Assembly (NCBI RefSeq): GCF_004010195.1
Contig: NW_025214726.1
Coordinates: forward strand, 1 to 50,000
Direction of reading: 5' to 3'
Source: Chiloscyllium plagiosum
Lineage: Eukaryota
Length of the DNA stretch: 50,000 bases
Under the pieces are notes generated by a model. It saw only the letters and a list, made by a program, of their open reading frames with translations. It made no database searches and had not been told where the DNA came from. This document shows, one piece after another, positions 1 to 13,074 of the stretch (position 1 is its first letter; each line of letters begins with the position of its first letter). A program made the translations under genes and the position numbers.

Positions 1-60
1 AGAAGTGGCTGAACTAACATCCTATACAGCTACAACATGATCTCGCAACTCCTATACTCA
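1..60 (-). mobile_element. CR1 LINE ORF2 fragment, cut by the window edge
   Basis: Resembles 1125-1190 of the neighbouring CR1 (tggcctaaccaatg...caacatgacctcccaactcct). Confidence 0.7.
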
Positions 61-73
61 ATACTCTGATCAT

Positions 74-281
74 AGCTGAAAATGTGTTGCTGGAACAACG
101 CAGCAGGTCAGGCAGCATCCAGGGGACAGGAGAATCGACGTTTCGGGCATAAGCCCTTCTTCAGGCTTATGCCCGAAACGTCGATTCTCCTGTCCCTTGG
201 ATGCTGCCTGACCTGCTGCGCTGTTCCAGCAACACATTTTCAGCTCTGATCTCCAGCATCTGCAGACCTCACTTTCTCCTC
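74..281. mobile_element. PLE family A short inverted (hairpin) insert
   Basis: Arms 74-155 and 164-245 are near-perfect reverse complements, followed by a ~35-nt tail (ctgatctccagcatctgcagacctcactttctcct). 13-bp TSD atactctgatcat at 61-73 and 282-294. Same sequence as the 3' end of the GIY-YIG-coding copy at 34431-35540. Confidence 0.9.
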
Positions 282-671
282 ATACTCTGATCATACACAG
301 TCTCACTTCTTGGCTTGAATAAGAATCAATACCTCTCTGTTTCTTTTGGACTTCAGCTGCCCTGACAATACATATGCATTCTTTTGGTCTGGTCCTTTAA
401 GGATTGTCGCCTCTGCTTGTTTTTCTCTTATCTGTCCTAAGTGTCAAACACCAGTGCTTTTTTCTTGTGTTTTGGGCTCACCACTTCTGCTTTTTGAATT
501 TGAGGTCTGCATTATCCACATTATGTATAAAATCATAGTACAGAATCTTTGCTGGCCCCACATAAATATTGGCTTATTTTGTTGACTTTCATCCTTGATT
601 TTTTAGATCTTTTTCTTTTTCAAGTGGCTTCCCTTTGTCAGAAATTTTCCCTTTGTGGAGTTTCTTCTGTT

Positions 672-2245
672 TAGAGTCATAGAGTCATAGAAATGTACAG
701 CATGGAAACAGACCCTACGGTCCAACCTGTCCATGCCAACCAGTTATCCGAACCCAATCTAGACCCACTTGCCAGCACCCGGCCTATATCCCCCCAAACC
801 CTTCCTATTCATATACCCATCCAAATGCCTTTTAAATGTTGCAATTGTACCAGCCTCCACCACTTCCTCTGGCAGCTCATTCCATGGGAAAAGACTTTGT
901 CTATTTATCCTATCCATGTCCCTCATGATTTTATAAACTTCTATAAGGTCAGCCCTCAGCCTTCGACGCAGCAGGAAAAAAAACCCCAGCCTGTTCAGCC
1001 TGTCCCTATAACTCAAATCCTCCAGCCCTGGCAACATCCTTGTAAATCTTTTCTGAACCCTTTCAAGTTTCACAACTTCTTTCTGATAGGAAGGAGACCA
1101 GAATTGCACGCAATATTCCTACAATGGCCTAACCAATGCTCTGTAGAACTGCAACATGACCTCCCAACTCCTGTAATCAATACTCTGACCAATAAAGGAA
1201 AGCATACCAAAAGCCTTCTTCACTATCCTATCTACCTGCAACTCCACTTTCAAGGAGCTATGAACCTGCACTCCAAGGTCTCAGTTCAGCAACACACCCT
1301 AGGACCCTACCATTAAGTGTATAAGTCCTTCTAAGATTTGCTTTCCCAAAATACAGCACCTCACATTTATTTGAATTAAACTCCATCTGCCACTTCTCAG
1401 CCCACTGGTCCATCTGATCAAGATCCCGTTGTAATCTGAAGTAACCCTCTTTGCTGTCCACTACACCTCCAATTTTGCTGTCATCTGAAAATTTACTAAT
1501 CATACCTCTTATGCTCACATCCAAATCATTTATATAAATGATGAAAAGGAGTGGACCCAGCACCAATCCTTGTGGCACTCCACTGGTCACAGGCCTCCAG
1601 TCTGAAAAACAACCCTCCACCACCACCCTCTGTCTTCTACCTTTGAGCCAGTTCTGTATCCAAATGGCTAGTTCTCCCTGTATTCCATGAGATTTAACCT
1701 TGCTAATCAGTCTCCCATGGGGAACCTTGTTGAATGCCTTACTGAAGTCCATATAGATCACGTCCACTGCTCTGCCCTCATCAATCCTCTTTGTTACTTC
1801 TTCAAAAAACTCAATCAAGTTTGTGAGACATGATTTCCCACGCACAAAGCCATGTTGACTATCCCTAATCAGTCCTTGCCTTTCCAAATACATGTACATC
1901 CTATCCCTCAGGATTTCCTCCAACATCTTGCCCACGACCGATGTCAGGCTCACTGGTCTATAGTTCCCTCTCTTGTCCTTACCACCTTTCTTAAACAGTG
2001 GCACCATGTTAGCAAACCTCCAGTTTTCCGGCACCTCACCTGTGACTATCAATGATACAAATATTTCTGTAAGAGGCCCAGCAATCACTTCCCTAGCCTT
2101 CCACAGAGTTCTAGGATATACCTGATCAGGTCCTGGGGATTTATCCACTTTCATGCATTTCAAGACATACAGCACTTCCTCCTCTGTAATACGGAAATAT
2201 TTCAAGATATCGCCATCTATTTCCCTACATTCTATATCTTCCATC
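672..2245 (-). mobile_element. CR1 LINE, 5'-truncated; ORF2 RT domain plus 3' end
   Basis: ORF 1258-2442 has RT motifs KSPGPD, NYRPVSLTS, QHGF, DVIYMDFSKAF, GVPQGLVLGPLLF, SKFSDD. The C-terminus (QFWSPSY..KLERVQKRFTRMLPG) is frameshifted. Tail repeat agagtcat x2 at 673-688. Internal deletion near 884 relative to the copy at 41814-42358. Confidence 0.95.
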
Positions 2246-2454
2246 AACCTATTACACATCTTTAGAGCAGGTAGGATTTGAATCGCAGTCTCCAAGTTCA
2301 GAGACAGAAACGCTATCACTGCACGACATGACCCCTTCAGTTTCTGAGTCAATACACTGTGCTGATTTGTAGCATTTTCTGAAATGCTCTTCATTTTCAG
2401 GTCTACCTGCTGGACACTCATTGAGTTTGTGTGTTGACTCAACAGGTTTAGATA

Positions 2455-2675
2455 AAGTCACCATTGTCCTAGAGGGCTGTTCTCCCATTAGACAAAGAGA
2501 GAGAGAGAGATGATTTGTGGTGCTTTAGTCTGAGGGTCATCACACCTCAGGCAAGGGACAAAGTCAAGAAGGTGGAACCTTCATGGTGACCACAACCAGT
2601 GCAGAAATTGAACCCACACTGTTGGCATTGCTCTGCATTGAAAATCAGCAATCCAATCAACTGAATTAAACCAAA
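2455..2675 (-). mobile_element. Degenerate tRNA-derived SINE
   Basis: Minus strand has an A-box-like aattcagttg and a B-box-like gggttcaatttc at tRNA-like spacing, plus a (GA)n/(TC)n tract at 2496-2509. Confidence 0.5.
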
Positions 2676-2884
2676 CCTCTTGTTGGCTTATACCAGAGGT
2701 TAAATATGATAATCTAGTCCATAATATTACTTCCTGCTCTTTTGGCATTTTGGCAGACTTTCAGGAAAGTGACAATGCCACCTTGAGGCTGATCCATCCA
2801 ATTGAATTTCTTCTAAAAATAAACTGATTCCAGGCTCTGACCTCAGCATCAATAGCATATTGAATATTGCATGAGCTTCTCCTT

Positions 2885-3240
2885 TAGAATCTTAGAATTT
2901 TACGGTACAGAAGAAGGCCAATCGAACCATCGTGTCTGTAATGACTACTAAAAGAGCTACCCAGCTAGTTTCATTCTCCAGCTCTATCTCTAAGTTAATC
3001 ACTTTCAGATATATACATCCAGCTCTCTTTTGAAATCTCCGATGGAATCCGATCCCACCACTTTCTCAAGCAGCACATTAACAGAGAGTTGTTATTAGGA
3101 ATTAGAAATAAGTTTCTCCTCATCTCACTCCTAGCTCTCTTGCTGACAATCTTGAAGTTGTGAGCCCTAGTTACTGATGTATCAACAAATGGAAACAAAA
3201 TATCTTTTTGACTGAAGAAAATCACAAAAACTTTCATCCC
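2885..3240 (-). mobile_element. Old CR1 3'-end fragment
   Basis: TRAHNFKIVSKRARSEMRRNLF resembles the CR1 C-terminal TRGH..K....RR.FF motif; ttagaatcttagaat tail. Confidence 0.7.
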
Positions 3241-4057
3241 TGATATTTAGTATTATGCAATGTCTTACTAACTCATCTTTTACATGCCATATCTGTAGCA
3301 TCCAGCTACTGTGTATAAATCTGTGAAAAACACTTCAGTTGATTTCTTTTGGTGCTGGGAGTGTTGATTAAATCTCATTCTCTTTATGGCCACATTCAAC
3401 TTTATACTGAAGTATGTGTCAAATGTTTCAAAATTAAGCTTCTTCTACATCCTGCCCCATAAGGACATCATCAGGTGAGGTGCCAACTGCATACAGAACA
3501 TATGAGCCTGATGCATTTGTTACATTGCCCGCAATCCTGAGGTAGTCCTGTTTCGCTGAAACTGCCACTTCCAGAGCTCCCACTTCTGCCTTCATTGTGG
3601 GTCCTCAGCATTTCAAATTGCTGTACCTCACTGAACTGGGTAATTACTGCAAATGTTTCCCTTCCTTGTTTGAAATCTTCCAATTAATTCTGATTGGCCT
3701 TTGGTATGTTTCCATGATGCTGTTTTGTCTTCAAAGTCTACCAAGGATCTGTTCTTTGGAGATATCTCTCTTTTCTCCATGTGCCTCTTGGGCTGTGATC
3801 TGACTTCACTTCAATGATTTTGAAGTCTCCCTCATTGTCACTTACTCTAACATGGTTCTTGTTCTCAATAGACTTTATGAGCACATTACACCATCTCTTG
3901 TTTCTCTGGCTGTTGGGTGTTCACACTCATTGAGGCTGCTTTATTTTACTAGGCTGTCACTCTTCTTGGTTTCTAAGGCTTTTGCACTCTTTACATTAAT
4001 GTAACACTCTTAATGCACAGATCTATGTTACTAAATACAGCTCTCTAGTGCTGTAAG

Positions 4058-4390
4058 TTAGAACATAGGAGCAGGAGCAGGGCATTCAACCAACAAACTT
4101 ACTCCACCCTTCAATATGAGTAATAGCTGATCATCCAAGAATTACTTTTTTTCCGTGACTTTCCCTATAACCCCTTACTCATATTCTGGAATAAAGAACA
4201 TTCAAGGTTCACAACCTCTGAGTAAATTGCGTCTCCTTGCTTTAGATTTCCAAACCCAGGGAAGCATCTTATCTCCCACCCAGTCTATCCTTTAAAATAT
4301 TTTGTAGGTTTCTTTGGAATCAACTCTCATTCTTTGAAAGTCAAGAGAATACAGACCCTGTTTACCCAAACTCTGTTCATTAGACAAATG
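4058..4390 (-). mobile_element. Old CR1 3'-end fragment
   Basis: agaacataggagcaggagcagggcattcaacc... 3' UTR signature shared with 13075, 15310 and 47301. Confidence 0.6.
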
Positions 4391-5189
4391 TCTCGTGGTT
4401 ATGTCTCAGTCTATATGCAGTGTACTGTAAAAGATGTGTTCATAATATCACTATTCATTCTTAGCATGTGACTTCAGGGTATCAGTGTCTCCTATATATT
4501 ACACTTAATTGGGGCCACAAAATGCAACACATTGGTAAAAGCATAAATATGTGTGAACCTTTCAATACCACTATTCCCATGTCTTGTTCGTTACTGGAGC
4601 TAACATAATCATTGCCACATCAGATACAAATAACCTGCTGAAGACAAAGCCTGCACTGCAGTAGCAGTTCATGTTTAGCAGTGATGGCCAAAAGCCCTGG
4701 ACATCAAAGCAGTCAGAAAATTAAAAGAATAAATTTATGTGAGTGGAGATCTGTAAATTGAACAGCCAGAAGGCACTTCTACTTTCTTTCTGCTTAAATC
4801 TAAGTTATTCTGAAGTTATTTCACTTTTAAAAGAAGACTGTCAGCTTGCTAACCAATTTAAAATAAAAAAGCCAGCCAAAGACTACTCCCACAATTAATT
4901 CAAAGCTCTCCTGAATTGAACACACTACATTTAAAACATTAAAAGCAGTTTTATACAATAACAAGGATTACCTGTGTGAAAACATCAGTTGGTTACACCA
5001 TTTTCTCTCCAAATCAGTGTGAGGTTTCCAGGAAACAACTTTCAGAGAGACTTAGTGAATTAGTAATCACCTCTCGTCCAGGAAAAGCGTTTGTGAAAGA
5101 TCCTCATGACAGGAGAAAGTGTCTTATCATTTTACCTTACTTAAAGATGACCGTAAGCATTAAGCCATAGTGGCAGACCAACAACAATT

Positions 5190-5290
5190 AGAATGAAAGA
5201 AAATGCTGGAGAAACTCAGCAGATCTGGCAGCATCTGTGGACAGAAAAACAGAGGCAATGTTTTGAGTCCAGTGATTCTTCATCAGAACA
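5190..5290 (-). mobile_element. PLE family B 3'-end fragment
   Basis: aatgctggagaaactcagcagatctggcagcatctgtgg...ttcatcagaac matches 14848-15204 and 36208-36463; ends at the hammerhead CTGATGA. Confidence 0.75.
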
Positions 5291-5779
5291 ATTACAATGT
5301 GTTAGGTACAGACAATGCTATTGCTGCAGTCAAGAAGTGCACTTAGCCAACAACAGATGTGGTTTGATGCCACTGTGCAACAGCTGTCCAGAATTTCTTC
5401 TCATCTGAGAAGAACATTGGCATAGATGACAGGACATCTAGTTCCAACAGCTAATCCATACCCTAGAACTAAAGATAGATGACCAATGAGATGCTACAAT
5501 ACTACAATGCTGTCAGCTAGGGAGCTGTGAAGAACTTAAACAAATGCAGAATATTGATGCAGCGCACAAACAACTAAGCAAAAGGCAGTTTTCAGGAGAT
5601 GACCAAGCTTTTCATTTCCTTAACATCAAATACTATATCAATGTATAAGGCAATGCAATGTTTTTAGAACCATTGGCATTATATACTGAAAAGGGAAGAT
5701 AACATTCCGAAAAGCTAAGATAGACAAAGGACATAGTGCCACAACATTACCACTATTCATACTGAAAGACAGGTACTCA

Positions 5780-6570
5780 GCAATAACATTCCACTGTATA
5801 ATGTATGAGAAACCATCTCTCAGCACATATGGACCAACAATTCTGTGTATTGATGGAATTACACTGCAACAGCAATATGTAAGCTCATTGGGACTTTCTG
5901 ATATCTTCTTCATGGCAGATGCCAATGGGCAGGATAACCAGCATACTGTCATAACTCATGAGATTCAAACTGCACCCACTACAGTGGAACAGATTACACA
6001 TGGTGCAATCATATCGGTTGAAGATATTCTCAAAGTTGTTCAGATACATTTTGAGGCGAGTGAGAGTGAACAGTTGCAATTGACAAAGCTAAAATAAGCA
6101 AATACAGAGTTGCAAAAGAACATTTTCCAGGGATGGCCTAATATTAATGAAGTTCCTGAGGACATTTGTTCATTCGACCATGTAGAGAGAAACCTGATAT
6201 TTAGAAGTGCATCATTTTCAAGAGGAAATAGGTCTTAATTTTAAAAAGCAGGTTTTTTTTTAAAGAAAAGCATTCTTTCCTGATGTACTTTGAAGAAAGT
6301 GGTTAAAAAGTGTGGTGCTGGAAAAGTACAGCTGGTCAGGCTGGTCAGGCGGCATCTGAGGAGCAGGATCATATTCCTGATGAAGCTCTTGTGCTCAAAA
6401 TGTTGACTCTTCTGCTCCTTGGATGCAGCCTGACTGGCTGTGTCTTTCCAGCACCACAGTTTTCAACTCTGATCCCCAGCATTTGCAGTCCTCACTTTCT
6501 CCTCGTACTTTGAAGAAAGGCTATCAAATTGCAAAACATTCAAATGTGACACCAGGCAAAGTAGAGTTGA
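5780..6570 (+). mobile_element. Highly decayed Ty3/Gypsy pol relic (RNase H-integrase junction), split by a PLE
   Basis: Colinear frameshifted motifs: EKPSLST, LQQQY..FMADA, PTTVEQI..ILKVVQ, GWPNINEVPEDICSF, IIFKRK*VLI, P..L*RK..QNIQM*HQ. These resemble Gypsy KPL..AP/LQ.Y..ADALSR/GWP...VP/IFKG.RV.IP/IH.GHQG. Confidence 0.6.
6300..6504. mobile_element. PLE family A inverted short insert
   Basis: 15-bp TSD gtactttgaagaaag at 6285-6299 and 6505-6519; inverted arms, decayed CTGATGA core and 3' tail. Confidence 0.88.
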
Positions 6571-7324
6571 AGACCAATATTCTCCCATAGAAGCAGAAAA
6601 AACTGGATGTTTGCACACAGATGGGAAACAGGAGCTGGGTGGGCTTTAGGGTCAGAAACTTGTCTCTGGTAGGAACTTCAGGTTTTCACAAGTGTCAACC
6701 CTTAATTGGGATGGAGACACGTTTCCCACCCACTTAGAGCAAAATGAATGAGGTGGAGCAGGTGGCATTCAGTTCCTTGCAACCATCACAGAGGCTGTCA
6801 GTTGTCAAACAGGAAAGTCTGCTGCGTGTGCCAAAGCCTTCCACGGCATCAGAGAGAAATGAGGTTTCTCAGAAAAGAGCTGAGACAGGAACCTTTCATT
6901 TCATTGATGCCGGCCTGGAATCGATGAGTGGATGTTTAACAGATCGATAGCCATATGTTAAATTAGGCATCAAAACATTTTCTAAAGATTTACATGGGCC
7001 TTATAGTAAATTTGTAGTTTAGCACAAACCCGAGTTTCCACGTTTTCCCCTTCATGACCCTTCTGTCGAGAAGTCAGTATCCAACTGGGGAAGGACCCAG
7101 TACTTTATTTTAGTTTAAACCCATGATCAAATCACCCATTCCATCATATAAACAACAAATTACAACAAACCGCTCTTGTTTGTTTCAAACAGACCTCCAC
7201 CAAATCATTTGTTTCACCAATTAAAAGAGCAATTAATGAGCACTGTCTGTCGGGAAGAATTAAATTAAAATAGAGTGGAAAGGGAGAATGCTGCTCTTTT
7301 TTCAAAATCAAAACTGTTTAACGT

Positions 7325-7408
7325 GCTGTGACACACCTCTGGAGCAGGTAAGATCTGAGCCTAGGCCTCCTGGCTCTGAGGCACTATCAATACACCACAA
7401 AAGCCCCT
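7325..7408 (-). mobile_element. tRNA-derived SINE head fragment
   Basis: Reverse complement gggcttttgtggtgtattgatagt...ggctcagatcttacctgctccagaggtgtgtcac; decayed A/B boxes. Confidence 0.45.
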
Positions 7409-7869
7409 CCCATCCCCTCTTTCTTTTACTTTTGTTTTAGTAAACCCCTCAAAGTCCATGTCACTGAGTAAACATTTACCAAGTTACAAGCACTACCCAC
7501 CCATCAGTGATGTGATTAAACAGCTCTGAATTTTAGCACTACCAAAACAGCAGTGTTACTATTTCTTTACTTTATTCCCCAGCACCAAATCACCTCCGTC
7601 TCCAATTAAGTGATCAATATACATGCACAGCCTCTCAGGGATATTGCAATGACAACAAAAGCAAGAGAAAGGTAGGGAGACAAGAGAGGAACTAAACTGA
7701 AATGGATTTGGAGGGGAAAACACATCTGTAAAACATGAGGTCCAAAATCACACTATGCTTTCAATTAACTCTGGAGCAGTTCTATTTCACCCTTCAATGG
7801 ACCTATATTTTTAACATTGACAGTGGAGGCTGAAGGAGGGAAAATTATCTACACAGTCACTAGCATCGT

Positions 7870-8510
7870 AGATCCAACGCCAAGATCATGGCGTACAGAG
7901 TTGTAGTGGTTTCCACCTTTCTAAACGGCTCTGAGATAGGGACTGTCTACAGCAGATACCTCACCCCATTGGAAACTTACCAGCAATGCTGCCTGCGCAA
8001 GATCCTGCAAATCCCCTAGGAAGAAAGACACGTCAACACCAGCATCCTCGACCAGGCCAACATCCCCAGCATCGAGGCACTGACCACATTTGATCAGCTA
8101 TGGAAGGCTGGGCACATCGTCCACATGACTGACATGAGACTCCCCAAGCAAGTACTGTACTCCCATCTTCAAAATGGCAGAAGAAACCCAGATGGATACC
8201 CTCAAGGCCTCACTGGCCAAGTGTGGCATTCCCACAGACACCTGGGAATCATTGGCCCAAGACTGCCCAAAGTGGAGGTGTAGCATCTGGGAAGGCGTTG
8301 AGCACATTGAGACTTGTCGTCGGAAAACAGCGGAAGCCAGGCGAAAACAGCGAAAGTGGCGCGCTGCCACACCAATGCACCACCACCCCTTCCTGTGACC
8401 CAAGTGTAACAGAGTTTGAAGTAGCCACATTGGTCTGTACAACTATCTACAGTCTCACCCTGAGTGCGAAAGAGAGTCATCTTCGTTTGCGAGGGACCAC
8501 CAGTGATGAC
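7870..8510 (+). mobile_element. RTE (BovB-like) LINE 3' fragment
   Basis: Translates with frameshifts to KIMAYRVVVVSTFLNGSE..YQQCCLRKILQI..QANIPSIEAL..AGHIVHM.DMRLPKQVLYS..DTLKASLAKCGIPTDTWESLAQDCPKWR, a typical RTE C-terminus. Confidence 0.88.
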
Positions 8511-9839
8511 GTTTGCAGTATGGGACCTGCTAATTTTGAAGTTACTGCAGCAAGAGTAGATTTCAGTAATGAGTTCAGTCCTTTATTAATCAAAGAGAAA
8601 GAAAAGAAAGTAGATCTGCAAGCAAAAATTGACTTGATTAAATATGAAATAATTGCAGTTGTTAATATAGTTTAACCAGTAGGTGGCATTTGCAGGTTTC
8701 TTGCCAATTTAAGCAAACGTTGACAAGAAATATTCATAAAACTTCCGTTAATACAGGAAACACCCAATCCCCAGTGAAGAGTGATAGATTGTTTCAGACT
8801 CAAGTCACTGGATGTTGAATACGATAAATTCCGTGCTTACTAAATCAAATTTGTGTTTATTTTGAAGCTAAAAGCATTCAAAGGTGAGTCGCAATAAATT
8901 TTCAATAGTACTTTTAATACTTTTAGTATATTTTTAAAAATAATCTTGGAATCTATGGATCTAGTGGCATAGAGTAGCATAAAGCTAGTGGCAAGTGCAT
9001 AAGTCAGATTTAACTCCAATTCCAGGAACAGAAATAGTTGTTGGGAGCTTCATCATATTTATAATGCAATAAGTCATATAATAAAGTATAGCTGGAAAAT
9101 AAGCGACATGTATTATCTTTGAGATTTATGTTCCAAGTTGCATTGTATTGTCAGCAATTTAAATCTTGCAAGTAGATTGCAATGATAGGACATGAAATGT
9201 TTCTTACTTCCTACATTGGTTTACTATAAGTTGCATTGAATTTTATAATTGTTGCAAAATTGTGTGAAAGAATTTCAAGACAACTTTTTTGATGCAGTGG
9301 AAATTGATTGGTAACCAGGAAAACATTCATTATAGAGTAACTTGGCCATGTTGAAGACCAAATGATAAAGGATTTAGATGTCAAATTCACATTTTCATTT
9401 GATGTGTTGTCAACTTTGCTGTAGTTAAAAATAGCAATAGCAGAAGCAAAATTGGACTTCGATATATCTCAAACTGTTAATTGTTCTTGCAACCATGCAG
9501 TCAGAACCTCCTCATTCCTTGTGATTAGACTAATTTGATTCTTTTGTTGTTTCTGGAAACCCAATTTAGAAAGTGTTCTGTGAATACTTTTTGAGTACTT
9601 ATATTGAAACATATATTTAGCCAAACTTCCATTTTATTTTAAGAATAATATGCAAATTACATTTTAGGAAACTACTATACACATTTTATGGCCCCTAAAG
9701 GGGGTTGAGTACACAAACACACTGGTGTTTACGAATTAAAGTAATTTGCAGCAATTCTTGGGGTTCAGCATGAAGCACACTGGGAGACCTGCTGAGGTAG
9801 AATGTTACAGGATTAAGCTGTTTTGTTCATTTGTTCTCC

Positions 9840-10010
9840 ACTTAGAATTACTGGAGATAGGAGTGGCAGTAGGCCCCTCAAAACTGCTTGCTATCCAATA
9901 CAATCATGGCTAATCATTGAGTTTAATACCCCAATCCCACCCTTGATCTTTTTAAGAGCTATATCTACCTACTCCTTGAAAGCACATAATGTTTTGACCT
10001 CAGTCTCTTT
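9840..10010 (-). mobile_element. CR1 3' UTR fragment
   Basis: ataggagtggcagtaggcccctcaaaactgct..caatcatggct signature. Confidence 0.55.
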
Positions 10011-10079
10011 TCTACATTGCTACATCTTTCTCTATTTGGAATGTTGTGTCACAACTGTTTCCAGAATCTCATGAAATTG

Positions 10080-10427
10080 ACACTGTGGCTCAGTGGTTAG
10101 CACTGCTGCCTCACGGTGCCAGGGATCCGGGTTAGATTCCAGTCTCAGACAACTATTTGAGTGCAGCTTGCACATTCTCCCTGTGTCTGCTTGGGTTTCC
10201 TCCGGGTGCTCCAATTTCCTCCCACAATCCAAAGATGTGCAGTTTAGCTGAATTAGCCATTCTAAATTGCCCATGGTGTTCAGGGATGTGTAGGTTAAGT
10301 GCATTAGTCAGGGGTAAATGTAGGGTAATAGGGTAGGGGAGTAGGTCTGGGTGGGTTACTCTTCAGAGGGTTAGAGTGGATTTGTTGGGCCAAAATGGTG
10401 TGTTTCGACACTGTGGATTCTATGATG
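10080..10427 (+). mobile_element. HE1-like V-SINE
   Basis: A box tggctcagtgg, B box ggttagattcc, V-domain cacattctccctgtgtctgcttgggtttcctccgggtgctcc, CR1-like 3' tail gattctatgat. Confidence 0.92.
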
Positions 10428-11459
10428 ATTCTGTGAAAAAGGCTAATGCAACACAAGCAAGACCTAAATCTAATTTTTGTGATAGTGCAGAGAATGTAGG
10501 TAAAAAACCTATCAACCAATACAAGAGAATCAACAACGATTGAACTATCAGAGAGGAAAATAAATAGTATTGACAATCAGCAAATGGAGGTTTAGCAAGT
10601 GCAGTATACTCTCTGCCCTCGGTTTTAGTGAGTATTTTAACTATTGCACCAAATTTGAATACCACCAGAATTGTTGGAAGTGGGCACAGGGCACCTGCTA
10701 GCTGGAAAGGTTGGTTAGCATTTGCTACTCACAGGTTTGCAGTTAAGGGGTGTGGAGGGCCTCATGGGATGGTGTATACTATGGAGGGCCTCATTGTCCT
10801 TTTCACAAAATATCCATTAGCTTGAGTCTGATAGGAAAGCTGAAGATAGCAGTTTTCCCACCCAGACTCAGTTAAAATGTCAGCAGAATCCTATTGGAAT
10901 CTTAAGTATGTGAGGTTCCTACCTGATTTAGGCCCACACTTGTCTGCATATAAGCACCTAAATTTACAATTTGAAAATGAAGGAGAACATCACATTTAAC
11001 AGATCATAATTAACTGGGCCCTGTTTCTGCAGAGAGTGAGGTTAGGTTTTAAATTGATCCATTTGTACTTGTTCTTATCTGACATAAGACCTAAAGTTAT
11101 GTAAGCAACCTTGCAGATTGTTTTGACAACTGCAGAAAATTGATGAAACTGAAACTTGCTCTTTAAATTCATTCCTGTGAAATTTTAGCCTGCAAAATTA
11201 CTTGAGAAGTATAATTTATACAATGTCTGCAGCCAAAGTGAGGAGGAACGCTATACTTGTTTCCAGGCTGATTCAGATAAATGATGATTTCAAAGTTGCC
11301 AGATCAATACATAGACATCAGACACTTGAACTAATTGCTTCAATATTACAATGTGAATATTTAACATCTTAAGGGAGACATTAATGTATTAAAGAGACTG
11401 GTGCCTACTTAAGTAACAGACAGAGAAAAGTCACATAAACATACTAAGTGCTCATATGG

Positions 11460-11950
11460 TAGTGTATTGCAGATAACATTAAACTTGGAAGAATTGTAAT
11501 CTGAGGATGACAGTGTGCAACTCAAAAACAACAATGACAAGTTGGAGGAGTGGGTGGATAGATAGCAAATGAGGTTCAATGCAGAAAAGTTTGAGGTGGT
11601 ATAGTTTGTTCAGAAGAAAACTGAAAGAAAGAATAAAATAGGGATGCAATTCTAAAGGAGGTTCTAAAACAAAAAAGGAACGAGACAGCATAGATTTAAA
11701 CTGGTGTGTAAAGGAAGCAAGAGTGATGTGAGAAAAAATTGCTTTACACACCAGGTAGTAAGGATATAGAATGCACTGCCTGGAAATACAGTATAGGCAG
11801 GTTCAACTGAGGAATTCAAGAGGGCATTGGATAGAAATGGAGTGCAGGGATATGGGGAAATGACATGAGATTGGCAATTGGCAATAGAACTGGTGCGGGC
11901 CTGATGGGCTGAATGGCTTCCTTCTACATCTTAACAATTTGATGATTTTG
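11460..11950 (+). mobile_element. Old CR1 ORF2 3' fragment
   Basis: ttgcagataacattaaacttgga (ADD.K.G-like), ttcaatgcagaaaagttt, and 3' UTR tgggctgaatggcttcctt. Confidence 0.7.
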
Positions 11951-13074
11951 TGATAATACAAGCGTAAATATCAAAATCTTGATTAGATGTTAGCAATGCT
12001 TTACAGGAGGAACTGCCGTATCTTGTTGCAACCTACTTTTTGTGTTTAAGGTCTCAGTGAACATTGATGTTGTAGGAGTTTGATTCGGCTAAACAGTTGG
12101 GTCAAGCCTCTTATAGTTCTAAACTATCCATTCATCTTCTGAAACATTGGAGATGATCTTTCCTTTTTGCAACCTTGTGAAATACAGTCAGTAGCCTACT
12201 TCAATGGTAATAAAAATGAAGACAGATGTTAAACAGGCTTTAGGCCTATTACATGAAGTTAAGATCTATTCCATTCTGTTTTCCATTGCAATGATTATTA
12301 GAGATCCTTTTGACTGGAAAAAGTTTACATTAGAGGATTCAATGTTACATTCTATTCAGTTGACCTGCTCACACAGATTTTGATGCAACACTATTGCAAT
12401 CCAGGCTTCCTCTGTAGAAGGCCTTCTCATCTGCTGCTCTTCTTCTAGAAAGTCTGACCAAAATGCTGCTGTCACACAATTTGAGGCAAATGAGTCCATC
12501 GAACATTTCTCCACCCACGGCTGAGAGTTTGATCAAAACTTTTGTGATACATATTTGCTTAAGGATTGTCTTAACCCAATTATCTCTTGGACCTGGTTAT
12601 TGTAACTTTAGAATTAGCATCAGTGCCATTGGACTGGAAAGAGAATAGATCACACCTTGATTACTGAAGGCTCTGGCTGGAAATTGGGTGGAAGTAGGAT
12701 CAAGTTGTGTGATGATTCTTATCTGGTGGAATAGTTAAGGAGCAAGGATCCAGCATAAGTAATATCTATTGAGTTAGTTAATTGCAAGATTCAGCACTTT
12801 TTCATGATACAGACCAACTTCCTCCATGGTTTCCTCCTGCCCTACCCCTGAACTCATCCATTTATCGAGTTTTTTTTTCTCTTATTCCCTCAAAATGTCC
12901 CCTCTAAACCCATCCTATCAGACCCACATCCTGCTCTTACAACCCTATTTCTACTCATCTAATGGCTAGCCATCTTCAAATCCATGTAAAAACTTTGCAA
13001 ATGTCAGACCTTAGTGAGACACTTGACACTCCTCAGTAATTGAAGTGAGGAAACTCCATGGAAATAATTACTAA

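Noticed and set aside
74..245. Hairpin inserts as MITEs or pre-miRNA genes
   Set aside because: The asymmetric tail, variable 10-15 bp TSDs and identity to the 3' end of a GIY-YIG PLE point to retroelement origin.
1258..2442. 394-aa ORF as a host gene or active RT
   Set aside because: It is a 5'-truncated CR1 ORF2 fused by chance to flanking sequence; the endonuclease is absent and the C-terminus is frameshifted.
5018..5152. 135-nt open AG..GTAAG exon candidate
   Set aside because: Peptide not recognised and no supporting context; compatible with chance.
6590..7260. GC-richer islands resembling decayed non-autonomous DNA transposons (also 10600-10960, 17100-17600, 37800-38100)
   Set aside because: No TIR pair or TSD could be demonstrated by eye.
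10080..10160. tRNA genes at SINE heads (also 18590-18669, 37010-37089, 46456-46530)
   Set aside because: They continue into the V-SINE body and CR1-like tail; no complete cloverleaf or terminator.
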